Part shown: one piece after another, positions 8,965 to 21,235 of the stretch
Layout: every line of letters begins with the position of its first letter
Numbering within the stretch: position 1 is the stretch's first letter
NCBI RefSeq assembly: GCF_018389705.1
Contig: NZ_CP065581.1
Location: 810,001-842,000 of the forward strand
Reading direction: 5' to 3'
Length of the DNA stretch: 32,000 nucleotides
From: Mycoplasma mycoides subsp. capri
GTDB lineage: Bacteria > Bacillota_I > Bacilli_A > Mycoplasmatales > Mycoplasmataceae
Program-made: the position numbers and the translations under genes
The notes under the pieces: model-generated
Database searches by the model: none
What the model was told of the DNA's origin: nothing
The model's input: the letters and a program-made list of their open reading frames with translations, nothing else

Positions 8965-10320
8965 ATGCTTAAATTTAATGATAAAAAAGAAGAATTAACT
9001 TTAGTTTGTTTAACTGATGTTAAAAATAAAAAGTATGTAGTAGATACTGATTTATCAACTTCATTTATTAGTGAAGAAAAAACTATTTATATGCTAATTA
9101 AAAAAGATCAAAAAGATTTATTTAGAAAACTAAAAATTGCTTTTAAAAATTTTGTTTTAGAAAATAAATACAATATTAATATCGATGTTGATTCATTTTT
9201 TAATTTATTAAATGAATGTGATTGTAAAGAAAAATTAATTAATACAATTTATGAAACAATTGCTTTTGAAACATATGATCAAATTAGTTATAAAAAAGAT
9301 ACTAAACCAAATGAAGTAGTATATAACTTATTAACTAGTTTTGATGTTAAAGAATTAGAACAAAAAGAAGCTATTAAAATGGAGTTTGTAAACTTTGCAA
9401 GAATGCTACAAGACACTCCACCAAACATTGCAACAAGTGAATATTTAGCTGAAAAAGTAGTTCAAAAAGCAAAAGAAATTGAAGGACTAAAGGTTACTGT
9501 TTTATGTAAAAAAGAAGCTACTAAATTAGGAATGAACTTATTTTTAGCAGTTAATGCAGGCTCACCATATGAACCACAAGCTGTAGTTTTAGAATATGTT
9601 GGTGATGAAAATGAACCAAAAAAAGCTCTTGTTGGAAAAGGAATTACTTTTGATAGTGGAGGTTATAATTTAAAGCCAGCTAAATATTTAGAAGGTATGA
9701 AATTTGATATGTCTGGAGCTGCTATTATGCTATCAACTGTTATGGCATTAGCTAAAATGAAAGCTAAAGTTAATGTTGTTGGTATTGGTATGTTTACAGA
9801 TAATAGAATTGGATCAACTGCTACTTTACCTCAATCAGTTGTTAAATCTATGAACGGATTAACAGTTGAAATTGATGATACTGATGCTGAAGGAAGATTA
9901 GTATTAGCTGATGGAATTACTTATGTAATTAGAGAAAAACAAGCAACTGAAATTTGAGAAGCTTCAACTTTAACTGGATCTGTTGTTTCAGCTTTAGGAA
10001 GTTATGCTACTGGAGTATTTACTCATTGTGATAAAAGATGAGAATTAGTTGAAAGCGTTTCAAAATTTAGTGGTGAAAGAATGTGAAGATTACCACTATA
10101 TGAAGAACATCTAGAAGAAGTTAGAAATGATGCAATTAATGCTGATATTACAAATGCTACAAAAAACTATGAAGCAGAAAGTTCAAAAGCAGCTAGTTTT
10201 TTAAATGAATTTAGAGAAGATAAACCTTATGTTCATTTTGATATTGCTGGAACTGATAGTATTAAAGGTAGAGGTCAAGGAGTTTTAGTTAGAACTCTAT
10301 TTGAAATATTTAATAAATAA
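8965..10320 (+). CDS. pepA: Leucyl (M17 cytosol) aminopeptidase
   Basis: AGGAG RBS and ATG 8965. M17 motifs VGKGITFDSGGYNLKP and IDDTDAEGRLVLAD are present. The frame continues through TGA at 9955 (EIWEASTLTGS...) to TAA at 10318-10320. Confidence 0.92.
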
Positions 10321-10335
10321 ATTAAGGAAAATATT

Positions 10336-11019
10336 ATGAAATTAAAAAACTGAACATTTTATAAAGCAAAACAATTTGTAAAACTAAATGAATCTAATGA
10401 AATTTTAAAAGATCTAGCTGTTTTAGTTTTAAGACCAGATATTAATAAAGAAAAAACACTTTTAGCTATTGGTTTAGATAAAAAAGTAGTTAATTCACTA
10501 ATTATTGATTTACAAAATAAAGCATTTGAAGAAAATGAATTATTTGAAATTTTTAAAGAAAATATTGGATTTGTTTCAACTGAAGAAATTAGTGAAATTG
10601 ATGCTAAAGGTTTAAATTTATCAACTCCAATTCATCCAGATAACATTAAATCAATTATTAAAATTTATAACTTATTTTTAAATATTGAACCAATTGAATT
10701 TGATACTAAAGATTATCAAGATTTAGAAACTATTCAAAACCAAGAAGATGTTTTTACTAATGTTGATTTTGAAAACATTCCACTACCTGCTTTATTACAA
10801 ACTTTAAATGTTGGTATGGAAAATTATAAGCAAAGAGTTGAAGAAATTTTTGAATTAGATGGAAAAGAATCTATAAATAAAAAATTAGAACTAGTTAATA
10901 TTCAATCTAATTTAATTGCTTTTTTTGATCAGGCATTAAGAAAAATGGATGAAATTATTACTAAACTAAGTGAACAAAATGCTGAATTAATTAAAAAACT
11001 AGAAAGTCAGGAAAAATAA
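10336..11019 (+). CDS. Hypothetical acidic protein (227 aa)
   Basis: AAGGA RBS and ATG 10336. The frame is open and was checked through 10336-11019 (one TGA=Trp at codon 6). I recognised no motif. The stop TAA at 11017-11019 overlaps the pepF ATG (TAATG). Confidence 0.6.
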
Positions 11020-12812
11020 TGAAAAGACCTGAAGCTTTAAAAGAATATAAATGAGATTTTGATTATTTGTATAAAAATCAAGATGAATGAAAAAAAGATT
11101 TAAATTATTTAGTTGAGATTTCTAAAGAATTTAAAAATTTTAAAAATAAATTACATGAAAAAGAAACTTTTTTAAAATGTTTAGATTTAGAAGAAAAAGT
11201 TGATTTTATTACAAACAAGCTTTCAACTTATACAAGAATGGGAGACACTAATCAAGCTGATGAAGTTTATAGAACTTTAGAGGCTTTATTAATGAATGTC
11301 TTACAAGATATTGAAATCGAAACTTCTTTTATTTCACCAGAAACTAAAAAAATTGGTTTTGAAACTATTTCTAAATGATTAAAAGAAACTAAAGATTATC
11401 AAAGATATTTATATGGTTATAAAAAATTCTTTGAACAAGCAAAACACATTTTAAGTGAACATGATGAAGAATTATTATCAAAAATATCTAAAGGTTATAC
11501 TGCAATTTCAGGAATGTATGACACTTTAGCTTATGCTGATAGACAAGAAGAAACAATTAATTATAAAGGTGTTGATCAAGTTCTAACTAATTCTTTATTT
11601 TTAGAAATTCTACAAGATTCAGATCCAATTAAAGATCAAGACTTAAGACTAAAAGCAAGTGAAATCTTTTCAAAAAACTTCAGTTTAAAAAAACATAGTT
11701 TTGCTTTAATTTATGAAGGAATTTTACAATCAGATCATGAAGATACTAAATTAAGAAATTATGATTCAAGTCTACAAGCTAGTTTAAGCTCTGATTCAGT
11801 TCCTGTTGATATTTATTTAAAACTTTTAGAAGTTGGTAAAAAATATATTAAACCTTTAGAAGATTTTTTATTACTAACTAAAAAACATTTTAAATTAGAT
11901 AAATTTTATCCAAGTGATAGACAATTAAAACTTGTTAAAGAATATAATCAAACATTTACAGTTGAACAAGCAAAAGAACATATTAAAAAAGCATTAAGTA
12001 TATTAGGTGAAGAATATTTAAAAAATCTAGAAATTGCTTGAGGACCAAACAAAATCGATTATTATGAAGATACTAATAAAAGAGATGGTGCTTATTCAAC
12101 TGGTGGACATGGTGTTGATCCAATTATTTTAATGAACTGAGATGATAAATTAAATTCAGTTAACACTTTAGCTCATGAATGTGGGCACTCTGTTCACACT
12201 TTATTTTCAGAACAAAACCAAGTTTATCCACTAAGTCAATATCCAATTATTCTAGCTGAAGTAGCTTCAACTATTAATGAACACTTATTATTTGATTATA
12301 TGTATAAAAACACTAAGTCAAAAGAAGAAAAAATTTACTTATTACAAGAAAGAATCTTTAATTTAGTTTCAACATTTTATAGACAAATTCAATTTGCTGA
12401 TTTTGAATATAGAGCAAGCCAACTAGTAAGTAAGCAAACTCCTTTAACTAGTGAAGTTTTAAATAATTTATTTAAAGAAGTTGAAACTGATTATGGTTAT
12501 AAAGTATTTGACAAATTAGATGATAATATCAAATCAGGTTATGGATGACCTAGAATTAGTCATTTTTTCCACTCACCATTTTATGTTTATAAATATGCAA
12601 TTGATGTAACTGCTAGTTATAAATTATATGATGATATTAAAAAAGGAAACATTCAAACTACACTTGACTTTTTAAAAGCAGGTGGACATAAAGAACCTTT
12701 AGAAATTATGTTAGATGCTGGTATTGATTTTAATAAAGAACAAACTTATTTACCTTTAATTAATGGAATATCAGAACATATTAAAGAATTAGAAGAATTA
12801 TTAAAAGAATAA
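11019..12812 (+). CDS. pepF: Oligoendopeptidase F (M3B metallopeptidase)
   Basis: 597-aa frame joined across several TGA codons. The zinc motif is LAHECGHSVH (HExxH), with pepF-like context YSTGGHGVDPIILMNW and HSPFYVYKYA. The stop is TAA at 12810-12812. Confidence 0.9.
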
Positions 12813-12813
12813 T

Positions 12814-12842
12814 AAAAAATCTCGGGTTTCCGAGATTTTTTT
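12814..12842. terminator. Bidirectional Rho-independent terminator between convergent pepF and the GntR gene
   Basis: A6-ATCTCGG-GTTT-CCGAGAT-T7. The A-run and T-run flank a GC-containing stem. Confidence 0.8.
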
Positions 12843-13560
12843 ATAAATACTTAATATAAGAAGTTTCAAAGTGATCTATATTAATTGTGTGTTGAGTAAT
12901 TTCAACTATATTATCGTCTTTATCATATAAGATTGAATATCGGCAAATTACATAATCTTGGTGATTATCAACTAAAAGATTTCTAGTCATTTGATCTTTT
13001 AGTTTTGATTCTAATACACAAGTTAATTTGAAAGGTTCAATATTATTTTGTTCTAGATATTCAATTAATGAACTTCTAATTTTTTCACTATCAATTTCAT
13101 TTTCAAATAAATTTTTATTTATAAATGATTTTGCATATCTTACTGGTAGATCATTTACATAAAATACTTTAATATATGAAAAATAATCATCTGGATTAAT
13201 ATCAAGATTTAAATGTAATTTATGAATAATAGTGATTAAATTACTAGTATCTAATTCAGTTTCAATAATCACTTCTTGTTTGTTAGATAATAATTGATTT
13301 CTAATTGATTTAATTCTGTTAAAAGAAAAATCAGGATTAATAAAATAACCAGCACCTTTAGATGATTTAATTAAACCTTTAGTTTTTAAATCAGAAAATG
13401 CACTTCTAACAGTACCTCTACTTACTTTAAATTTAGTTACTAAAAAATATTCACTTGGTAAAGGAGTTTTTAAATCAACTTTTTTATGTTCTATTAGATC
13501 TAATAAGTAGTTAACAATTTTTTGACGTTCTGTGATTTCTTTATTTTTCTTGTCTTGCAT
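12841..13560 (-). CDS. GntR/HutC-family transcriptional regulator (HTH plus UTRA-like effector domain), 239 aa
   Basis: Intact track ORF. The N-terminal HTH is LPSEYFLVTKFKVSRGTVRSAFSDLKTKGLIKSSKGAGYFI, and the size fits the HutC subfamily. It is the last gene of the minus-strand sugar operon. Confidence 0.85.
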   Translation of the reverse strand: MQDKKNKEITERQKIVNYLLDLIEHKKVDLKTPLPSEYFLVTKFKVSRGTVRSAFSDLKTKGLIKSSKGAGYFINPDFSFNRIKSIRNQLLSNKQEVIIETELDTSNLITIIHKLHLNLDINPDDYFSYIKVFYVNDLPVRYAKSFINKNLFENEIDSEKIRSSLIEYLEQNNIEPFKLTCVLESKLKDQMTRNLLVDNHQDYVICRYSILYDKDDNIVEITQHTINIDHFETSYIKYL

Positions 13561-13582
13561 ATTAATTATTATAAATCTTTAT

Positions 13583-15187
13583 TTATTCAACAACGATTGT
13601 TTGTCAAGGTTTTAAAGTATTTTGTTTAAAATCTACTTGAGTATTTAAAATAATTTTATTATAATCATTTATTAAATGACTTATATCTACTTGTTCATCA
13701 CTTCAATTAGCAATTATTTTAATTGATTTATTTTGATCAATTCTAGTGTATGCAAATAACTTATCATTATTTGGATCTAATAATTCAAATTTAGCATCAA
13801 TAATTAATTGAGAATAACTACTTTCTTCTCTAAATTTAATTAATTTTTTTAAATAATGATAAACACCATCAGGATTTTTTAGATCATTTTTAGCATTAAT
13901 TTCTTTATAATTATCGTTTATATCAATTCAAGGTTGATGATTACTAAATCCAGCATATAAACTATCATCTCATTGATATGGAGTTCTAGCATGATCTCTA
14001 CTATTTACTAAAATTCCATCAATAAATTCATCATAAGTTAAAACTTGTTTTTCTAAAACTTCACTTTGATAAGTATTTTTAATCTCAACATCTTTATACT
14101 TATTTAAATCTGTTCATTTAACATTAGTCATTCCAATTTCATCACCTTGGTGAATAAAAGGAGTACCTTGCATTAAAAAGAAAGTTGTTAGTAAAGTTTT
14201 TGCTGAATCAATTCGATATTTATGATCATTTCCATATCTTGACACCATTCTTGGTAAATCATGATTTGATAAAAATAATCCAGATCATCCTTTATTATGT
14301 AAACCTTGTTGTCATTTTTGATAAATTTGTTTAAATTCTAAAAAGTCAACATCCATAGTTTTATATTTATTAATTTTGTTAAAAAAACTAGTAATTGGTT
14401 CAAAGTTAAACACCATTGAAAATTCTTCGTTTTTTTCATTTGAATATTGAATTGCGTGATCAATATCTGCTGATCAACATTCACCAACTGTTAAAAACTC
14501 ATTTGAATCTCAACTGTTTTTTCTTAGATCTTGAATATATTTATGTAACATTGGACCATTAGATAAAATCTTTTGATCAATTTTTTTACCAAGTAACTCA
14601 ATTACATCTAATCTAAATCCCATAATTCCAAAATCACATCATCACTTAACCATTTTTGCAATTTCTTCTCTAACCTTAGGATTTTCTCAATTTAGATCAG
14701 GTTGTTCTTTTGCAAACATATGAAAATAATATTGATTTGTAGTTTGATCATAAGTTCAAGCAGACCCACCAAAAGCTGAAGTAATATCATTAGGTTGATC
14801 TCTTCAAATATAATAATCACGATATGGATTAGTTTTTGATGATCTTGATTGTTTAAATCATTCATGTTGATCTGAAGTATGGTTTAAAACTAGATCCATA
14901 ATTATGCCAATATTTAACTCATTAGCTTTATCAACAAATTTTTTAAACTTTTCTAATCCACCATAAATTTGATTAATAGATTGATAATTTGAAATATCAT
15001 ACCCATTATCTACAAGTGGAGAATCATAAATTGGAGTTAATCAAATAGCACCAATTCCTAGTTCTTTTAAATACTCTAATTTTTCTATAGCACCATCTAA
15101 ATCACCAATTCCATCATTATTTGAATCTTTAAATGATTGAAGATACATTTCATAAACTACAGTATTTTTCCATCAGTAATTTGCCAT
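13583..15187 (-). CDS. GH13 alpha-glucosidase / oligo-1,6-glucosidase-like enzyme (534 aa)
   Basis: Starts at ATG 15187: [68 protein letters not shown]... All 535 codons were checked and contain no TAA/TAG. There are many TGA=Trp codons. The stop is TAA at 13583-13585. Confidence 0.88.
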
Positions 15188-15188
15188 T

Positions 15189-17486
15189 TTAAACCTCTAT
15201 TTTAATATTTGATTCTAAAAGATATTCTTTATCAAATAAATTAATTTTTAAAGCTTGACCTTTAATTAATTGAATTTCAACTTCTGTTTTGTGATGTTTT
15301 ATTTTTAATACACGGTCTCTAAAATTAATATTAAATTCATAACCATTTCATTGTTTTGGTAGTTTTGGAGAAAAACAAGGTATATTATTTCTTACTAACA
15401 TTCCACCAAATCCTTCAACAATTGCTAAATAACTTCCTGTCATACTTGTAATGTGTAATCCATCATCAGTATCGTTATTATAATTATCTAAATCTAATCT
15501 AGCTGTTCTATTATAAAACTCATAAGCTTTATCCATTAAATCAATTCTTGCAGCAATTATTGAATGAACACAAGGACTTAATGAAGATTCATGAACTGTA
15601 AATTGCTCATAAAATTTAAAGTTTTTAGTAATTTGTTCTTTACTAAATTTATCTCATAAATAATAAATTCCTTGTAAGACATCAGCTTGTTTAATATAAA
15701 CACTTCTTAAAATACGATCTCAACTTCAGTTTTTATTTAAAGGTCTTTCATCTTTACTTAATAAATCTTTATGTTTTAAATCTTTATCTAAAAATGTATC
15801 GTGTTGAACAAATATATCTAAGTCTTTATCATATGGTAAATATATCTTATTAATAATATCAACTCATTTATTAGTTTCATTAGTACTTAAATTTCATTTA
15901 GATTTATTTAAGTTTAATTTATCTAACATTTCTAAAGTATAACTTAATACTCATTGACACATTAAATTAGTTAATCAGTTGTTATTAACGTTATTTTCAT
16001 ATTCATTTGGACCAGTAACTCCATGAATAAAGTATTTATCTTTAACTGAGTGATAATGAACTCTATCAGCTCAAAATCTTGAAACTTCAACCATTACATC
16101 CATTCCAAATTCTTTAATATAATCAAAATCTCCAGTATAGTTTGTGTAATTATAAATTGCATAAACCATAGCAGCATTTCTATGAATTTCTTCAAATGTA
16201 ATTTCTCATTCGTTATGACACTCAACACCATTAAAAGTTACCATTGGATATAAAGCACCTTTAAATCCTAATAACTTAGCATTTTCTATAGCTTTATTTA
16301 AATGATTATGACGATATTTTAATAGATTTCTACTAATTTTTGGATCTGAAGTTTTTAAGTATAAAGGTAAACAATAAGCTTCTGTATCTCAATAAGTAGC
16401 TCCTCCATATTTTTCACCAGTAAATCCTTTAGGACCAATATTTAAACGATCATCATTTCCATAATAAGTACAAAATAATTGAAATAAATTAAATCTAATT
16501 GCTTGTTGATCTAAATCAGATCCAATAATTTTAACATCACTAGTTAATCAACGTTTTTCTCATAAACTAGTGTGTTTTTCTTTTAATTGTTCATAGTCAA
16601 ATTGATTAATTTGATTATTTATTTTAATTGCATTTTCTTTTAATTTATCTTCTGAATAGTTTAATGAATGAACTAAAGTAACCAATTTATAAAATATAAG
16701 AGTTTCATTTGCTTTTAAATCAAATTTATAAGTAGTTTTTGCATATAAATTTGATTGATCAAAACTAATATCTTTAGTTTTTAAATTATAACTATTTGTT
16801 GCATAACAAGCATAACTAAAACGTGGTATATCAAAATTATTTTCAATCATTTTTGAAACTACTAATTGAGAGTTATTTGTAGCTAAGGAATCTAAATGTG
16901 TTCAAAACTTAGCTTTATAGTTTGAATCTCTATTAATTACATCTCCATTAATATAACTAGTTAAATCTAAACTAATATCTTTATTACTTGTAATACTATA
17001 TTTAATTGCAACTAATTCTTTAGTATCAATTGAAACAAATCTTTCAGTTTCAACTTTAATCTCTTTATTATTAATATTAGTTATAAATTCTCTACTTAAA
17101 ATACCTTGTTTTAGATCTAATGTTCTTTTATAACTACTTGGAGTTTGTTTAAATAAGTCTAGTTCAACATTATCTATAACTACATTTAATCCTAATAAAT
17201 TAACTGCATTAATTACTTTTCCAAAATAATTTGGATATCCATTTTTTCATCAACCAACTATTGTTTTATCTGGATATCATAACCCACCAACATAACATCC
17301 TTTATGAGTATCACCAGAATAAGTTTCTTCAAAGTTTCCTCTCATTCCTAAATACTCATTTCCTAAAGAAGTAATTGATTCACTTAATCTAAAATCATAC
17401 CCATTATCTGGTAGTTTGTTTTCAACTAATTTTCAAGGATCAACTTCAAATAGTCTTTTTATATTAACATCTATATTTGTTTTCAT
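15189..17486 (-). CDS. GH65 glycoside phosphorylase (maltose phosphorylase-like), 765 aa
   Basis: AGGAG RBS and ATG 17486 ([54 protein letters not shown]...). The GH65 catalytic-region motif [15 protein letters not shown] and C-terminal [22 protein letters not shown] are present. The whole frame was checked for TAA/TAG. The stop is TAA at 15189-15191. Confidence 0.88.
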
Positions 17487-17527
17487 ATTACTCCTATTTT
17501 ATTAATATTATTAATTTTATTATCAAT

Positions 17528-17565
17528 AAAAATAGACACATTATTAGATTGTGTCTATTTTTTAT
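17528..17565 (-). terminator. Hairpin terminator/attenuator between the ABC ATPase gene and the GH65 gene
   Basis: AATAGACACA-9 nt-TGTGTCTATT is flanked by an A-run on one side and a T-run on the other. On the minus strand it is followed by TTTATTG, then TTGATA-N16-TAATAA promoter-like boxes. Confidence 0.55.
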
Positions 17566-17593
17566 AAAAGTAAATCTAATATATAGTAATTAT

Positions 17594-18679
17594 TTAACCA
17601 ATACGGTTTTCTGTAATTCCGTTAAATAAGTGATATTTATGAATTTTAATACCAACTTTATCATCAATTTTTATATTATTATCTTTTGAAGTAGTAATTA
17701 CAAAGTTATTTCCTGGAGTTAGTTCACAAGTTACTTGTTTGTTCATTCCTAATAACTCTGTATTAATTACACTAGCAACTATATTTGCAGTTATATCTGT
17801 TGATTCAACTAATTGAGCATCTTCACTTCTAATACCTAAATATAATTTAGTTACTTCTTCTTTTTTAATTAGTTCTAATTCTTCATCAGATAATTCAACT
17901 TTATAATTATTGATATTTGAAATAAAGTAATTGTTTTCAAGCTTACCTTCTAAAACGTTCATTGTAGGAGTTCCAATAAACTTAGCAACAAATAAGTTAT
18001 TAGGTTTATTATAAAATTCTTCTGGTTTTCCTACTTGTTGAATAACTTGGTTATTCATTAAAACAATTTTAGTAGCCATTGTCATAGCTTCTAATTGGTC
18101 ATGAGTAACATAAATTGTTGTTGTTCCTAAAATTCTATGAATTGAAACTAATTCAGTTCTCATTGATTCTCTTAGTTTTGCATCTAGATTTGATAAAGGC
18201 TCATCCATTAAGAACAATTTAGGTTTTCTAACAATTGCTCTTCCTAAAGCTACACGTTGTTGTTGACCTCCAGATAATTCTTTTGGTTTTTTAAATAAAT
18301 ATTTTTCAATATTTAATAACTTAGCAGCTCCTCTAACTCTATGGTTGATGATTTCCTTTTTTTCTTTTTTCATTTCTAAACCAAAGGCTAAGTTCTTATA
18401 AACATTATAGTGAGGATACAAAGCATAACTTTGAAATACCATGGCAATATCACGATCTTTTGGTAAAAGGTTATTAACTTTAACTCCATCAAATAATAGA
18501 TCACCTTTAGTGATTGAGTTTAATCCAGCTATGATTCTTAATAAAGTAGTTTTACCACATCCAGATGGACCTAGAATTACACAAAAGTCATTATCATTAA
18601 TTGTTAAATCAATATTTTCTAATGTATAAAATGAGTTACCTTCATATTTTTTTGATATATTTCTTAATTCAACTTTCAT
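17594..18679 (-). CDS. Sugar ABC transporter ATP-binding protein (MalK/MsmK/UgpC type), 361 aa
   Basis: Intact track ORF. Walker A is GPSGCGKTT, the signature is LSGGQQQRVALGRA and Walker B is LFLMDEPLSNLD, with a C-terminal MalK-type regulatory domain. Confidence 0.93.
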   Translation of the reverse strand: MKVELRNISKKYEGNSFYTLENIDLTINDNDFCVILGPSGCGKTTLLRIIAGLNSITKGDLLFDGVKVNNLLPKDRDIAMVFQSYALYPHYNVYKNLAFGLEMKKEKKEIINHRVRGAAKLLNIEKYLFKKPKELSGGQQQRVALGRAIVRKPKLFLMDEPLSNLDAKLRESMRTELVSIHRILGTTTIYVTHDQLEAMTMATKIVLMNNQVIQQVGKPEEFYNKPNNLFVAKFIGTPTMNVLEGKLENNYFISNINNYKVELSDEELELIKKEEVTKLYLGIRSEDAQLVESTDITANIVASVINTELLGMNKQVTCELTPGNNFVITTSKDNNIKIDDKVGIKIHKYHLFNGITENRIG

Positions 18680-18680
18680 A

Positions 18681-21221
18681 CTAACCTTTTACTCCTCCAG
18701 ATAATCCACCTGTAATATTTCCTTGTAACATAATAAATAATGTACTAATAGGAACCGCAACAAGTAATGAACCTGCTGCAAATGCTCCTTGTGCAATTTC
18801 TCCAGATCTATTTAATAAGCTGTTTAATCCAGTAGCCATTGTTCAGTCTCTTTGATTATCTAATAGTAATTGTGGTAATAAAACATCACCAAATGGTCCT
18901 ATAAATGATCATAAAGCAATAACTGAAAGCATTGGTTTTGCTAGTGGGAAGATAATTTTAGTAAATACTTGTCAAATACTACATCCATCTATTTTTGCAG
19001 CATCATCAATGTCAGTTGAAATATTATCTAAATATCCTTTTAAAACAAAGACATTTCCAGGAATACCTCCACCAACATAAATTAGAATTAACATGATTTG
19101 ACCAGTAATATGAACGGTTTCTTGTAATAATTGAAACATTACATAAAACACAATGAAACTTGAAACAGTAGGGATCATTTGAATTAACATAACAGTCATT
19201 AAACTAATTCTTTTTCCTTTGAATCTAAATCTTGAAAAAGCATATCCAACCATAGCTGTGATTAATACCATAAAAATCATAGTAATAGTTGCAATAACTA
19301 GTGAGTTTAATAACCAATATCCAAAGAATGTACGTTCAAATAAATAACTAAAGTTAGCAAAACTGAATGCAAATCTCTTAAAGTCAAATCTACCAAGTGT
19401 TCCTAATTTTCCAGCAGTTGAAGTTGATTCATTAGCTGAATACCAGTTAAATGCTTGTAAAACAACTTGAGTAATTGGCACTATTATGATTAAAGCTCAT
19501 GCAATTAGAACTAGATAAATAAATGCTAGTCCAATTTTTCCATAAATACTTAGTGGTGGTTTATCTGATAAATAAAGTTTTCCAAATGTTTCTGTTAAAA
19601 ATCTTACATATTTAACATAAGCATTATTTTTTTCTTTTTTAAGTTCTTGTTCGATAATAAAGATTAACTCATTTTGATATTGTGATATTTCATTGTAGTT
19701 AACTAAATCTTTACTTAATAATGAGTCTGATTTTTTAACTGATTCTCAGACATATATTTCATTTTTTAAAATTTCATAAATTGTAGCTGATTGAATAATT
19801 TTAATATTTAAATTTAATTCTTTATATACAGCTATATTAATAGCTACAACTTTTGATCAGTTTTTATAACGACCTAATTGATCGATTTTTGTTTTTTTAA
19901 AAAACTCATTTTCTAAATGTTCTTCGTTAAAAATGATTTTTTCAATTTTTTTAGCAAATGATTCTGAAATTTCATAAGCTGTTTTTAAAATTAATAATTC
20001 AAATAATTCTTTTGCTTTATTAAAGTTTATTTTATTATCTTTGTTTTTTAAAGCATATAAATAAGCTAAACTAGATAATTTAATAATGTATAAGTGATTG
20101 TAATATTTATTAAAGTTTAAATGTTTTGATCTAAAATAAGTTTCACTTAAACTAGCTTGAAAATCGATTAAATCCTTTTCTTTAAAAATTAACTTAGCAA
20201 ATTTTAAACTTTCAGCATCGATTTTGTAGCTTTTATTATTAATTTTTAATGTGTTATAGTGAACAAATTTTTCGTTTTGTTCTTCTTTTTTAGTTTCAGA
20301 TTTGTCTAAAACTTTAGGATTAGTTAATAAACGTAGTTCTTTTGCAAGTCTTTCATTTATTTCTTCGCTACAATACAATCTAAATTTTTCTTTAGATTTT
20401 CTATTTTCAACAAGTTTTTCTCATCAACTCTTTTTATGAGTATCAACTTGATAAGTTAAAGATTTTTTTAAAGCTAAAATAATTGTTTCTTGAATAGTGA
20501 TATTTTCAACATTATTATTAACTAATTCATTAAATGCTTGTTCTAATAAATCATTAATTTTATTAAAAGCATAGTCTTCTGATAGATGTTCATGTTGAAT
20601 AATATTTAATGAAACAAAGTCCATAGCTTCTTTGTGAGTTTCATAAGTTAATAAAAACTCACTAGCTAAGATTTTTCCTAATTTTTCAAGATTGATCTTT
20701 TTAAAATAAGTTACAATAATGGCATTAATTTTTTTTCAACTATTTAAAAATTCATATAATTCTAAATTTTTAAAATCAAAATGGTCAAAATCTTTTAAAG
20801 ATTTTTGTTTTTCATAAACATTAATTTCATTAATAATTTCTTTTTCAACATACTTGTTTTCAATGATTTGATTCATTGTTTTATTAGCAGTAGATATATT
20901 GAAATTATTTTTATCATTAAATGTTGAAAAACTATTTGCTACTAGTAGTAATAATAAACCTTCAATTAGTTTAGAATCAGTTGTAAATTTTTTATAAATA
21001 TCTACAATGTTTCCAACTATATAATTACTTTTAATAAATAATTGATAATCTTTTATTTTATTTGTGCTTTTAATTGTTTCATCTTCTAATAATTTAGTTT
21101 TAATAATATTTCAGTTATTAGATTTTTTAAAACTAGAAAAGTCATATTTTTCTACAGGTTTTAATAAACTAGAAAATACTAAAGCTTTTTGATCAACATT
21201 TTGTTTTACTTCTGTTTTCAT
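18681..21221 (-). CDS. MalG-like sugar ABC permease with an N-terminal extension of about 560 aa (846 aa in total)
   Basis: AAGGAG RBS and ATG 21221. All 847 codons were checked and contain no TAA/TAG. The C-terminal roughly 285 aa are a typical MalG-type TMD with the EAA loop IDDAAKIDGCSIWQVFTKIIFPLAKP. The N-terminal portion (MKTEVKQNVDQKALVFSSLLKPVEKYDF...) is K/E/N-rich and predicted to be soluble. The stop is TAG at 18681-18683. Confidence 0.85.
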
Positions 21222-21235
21222 AGCTATTTTACTCC

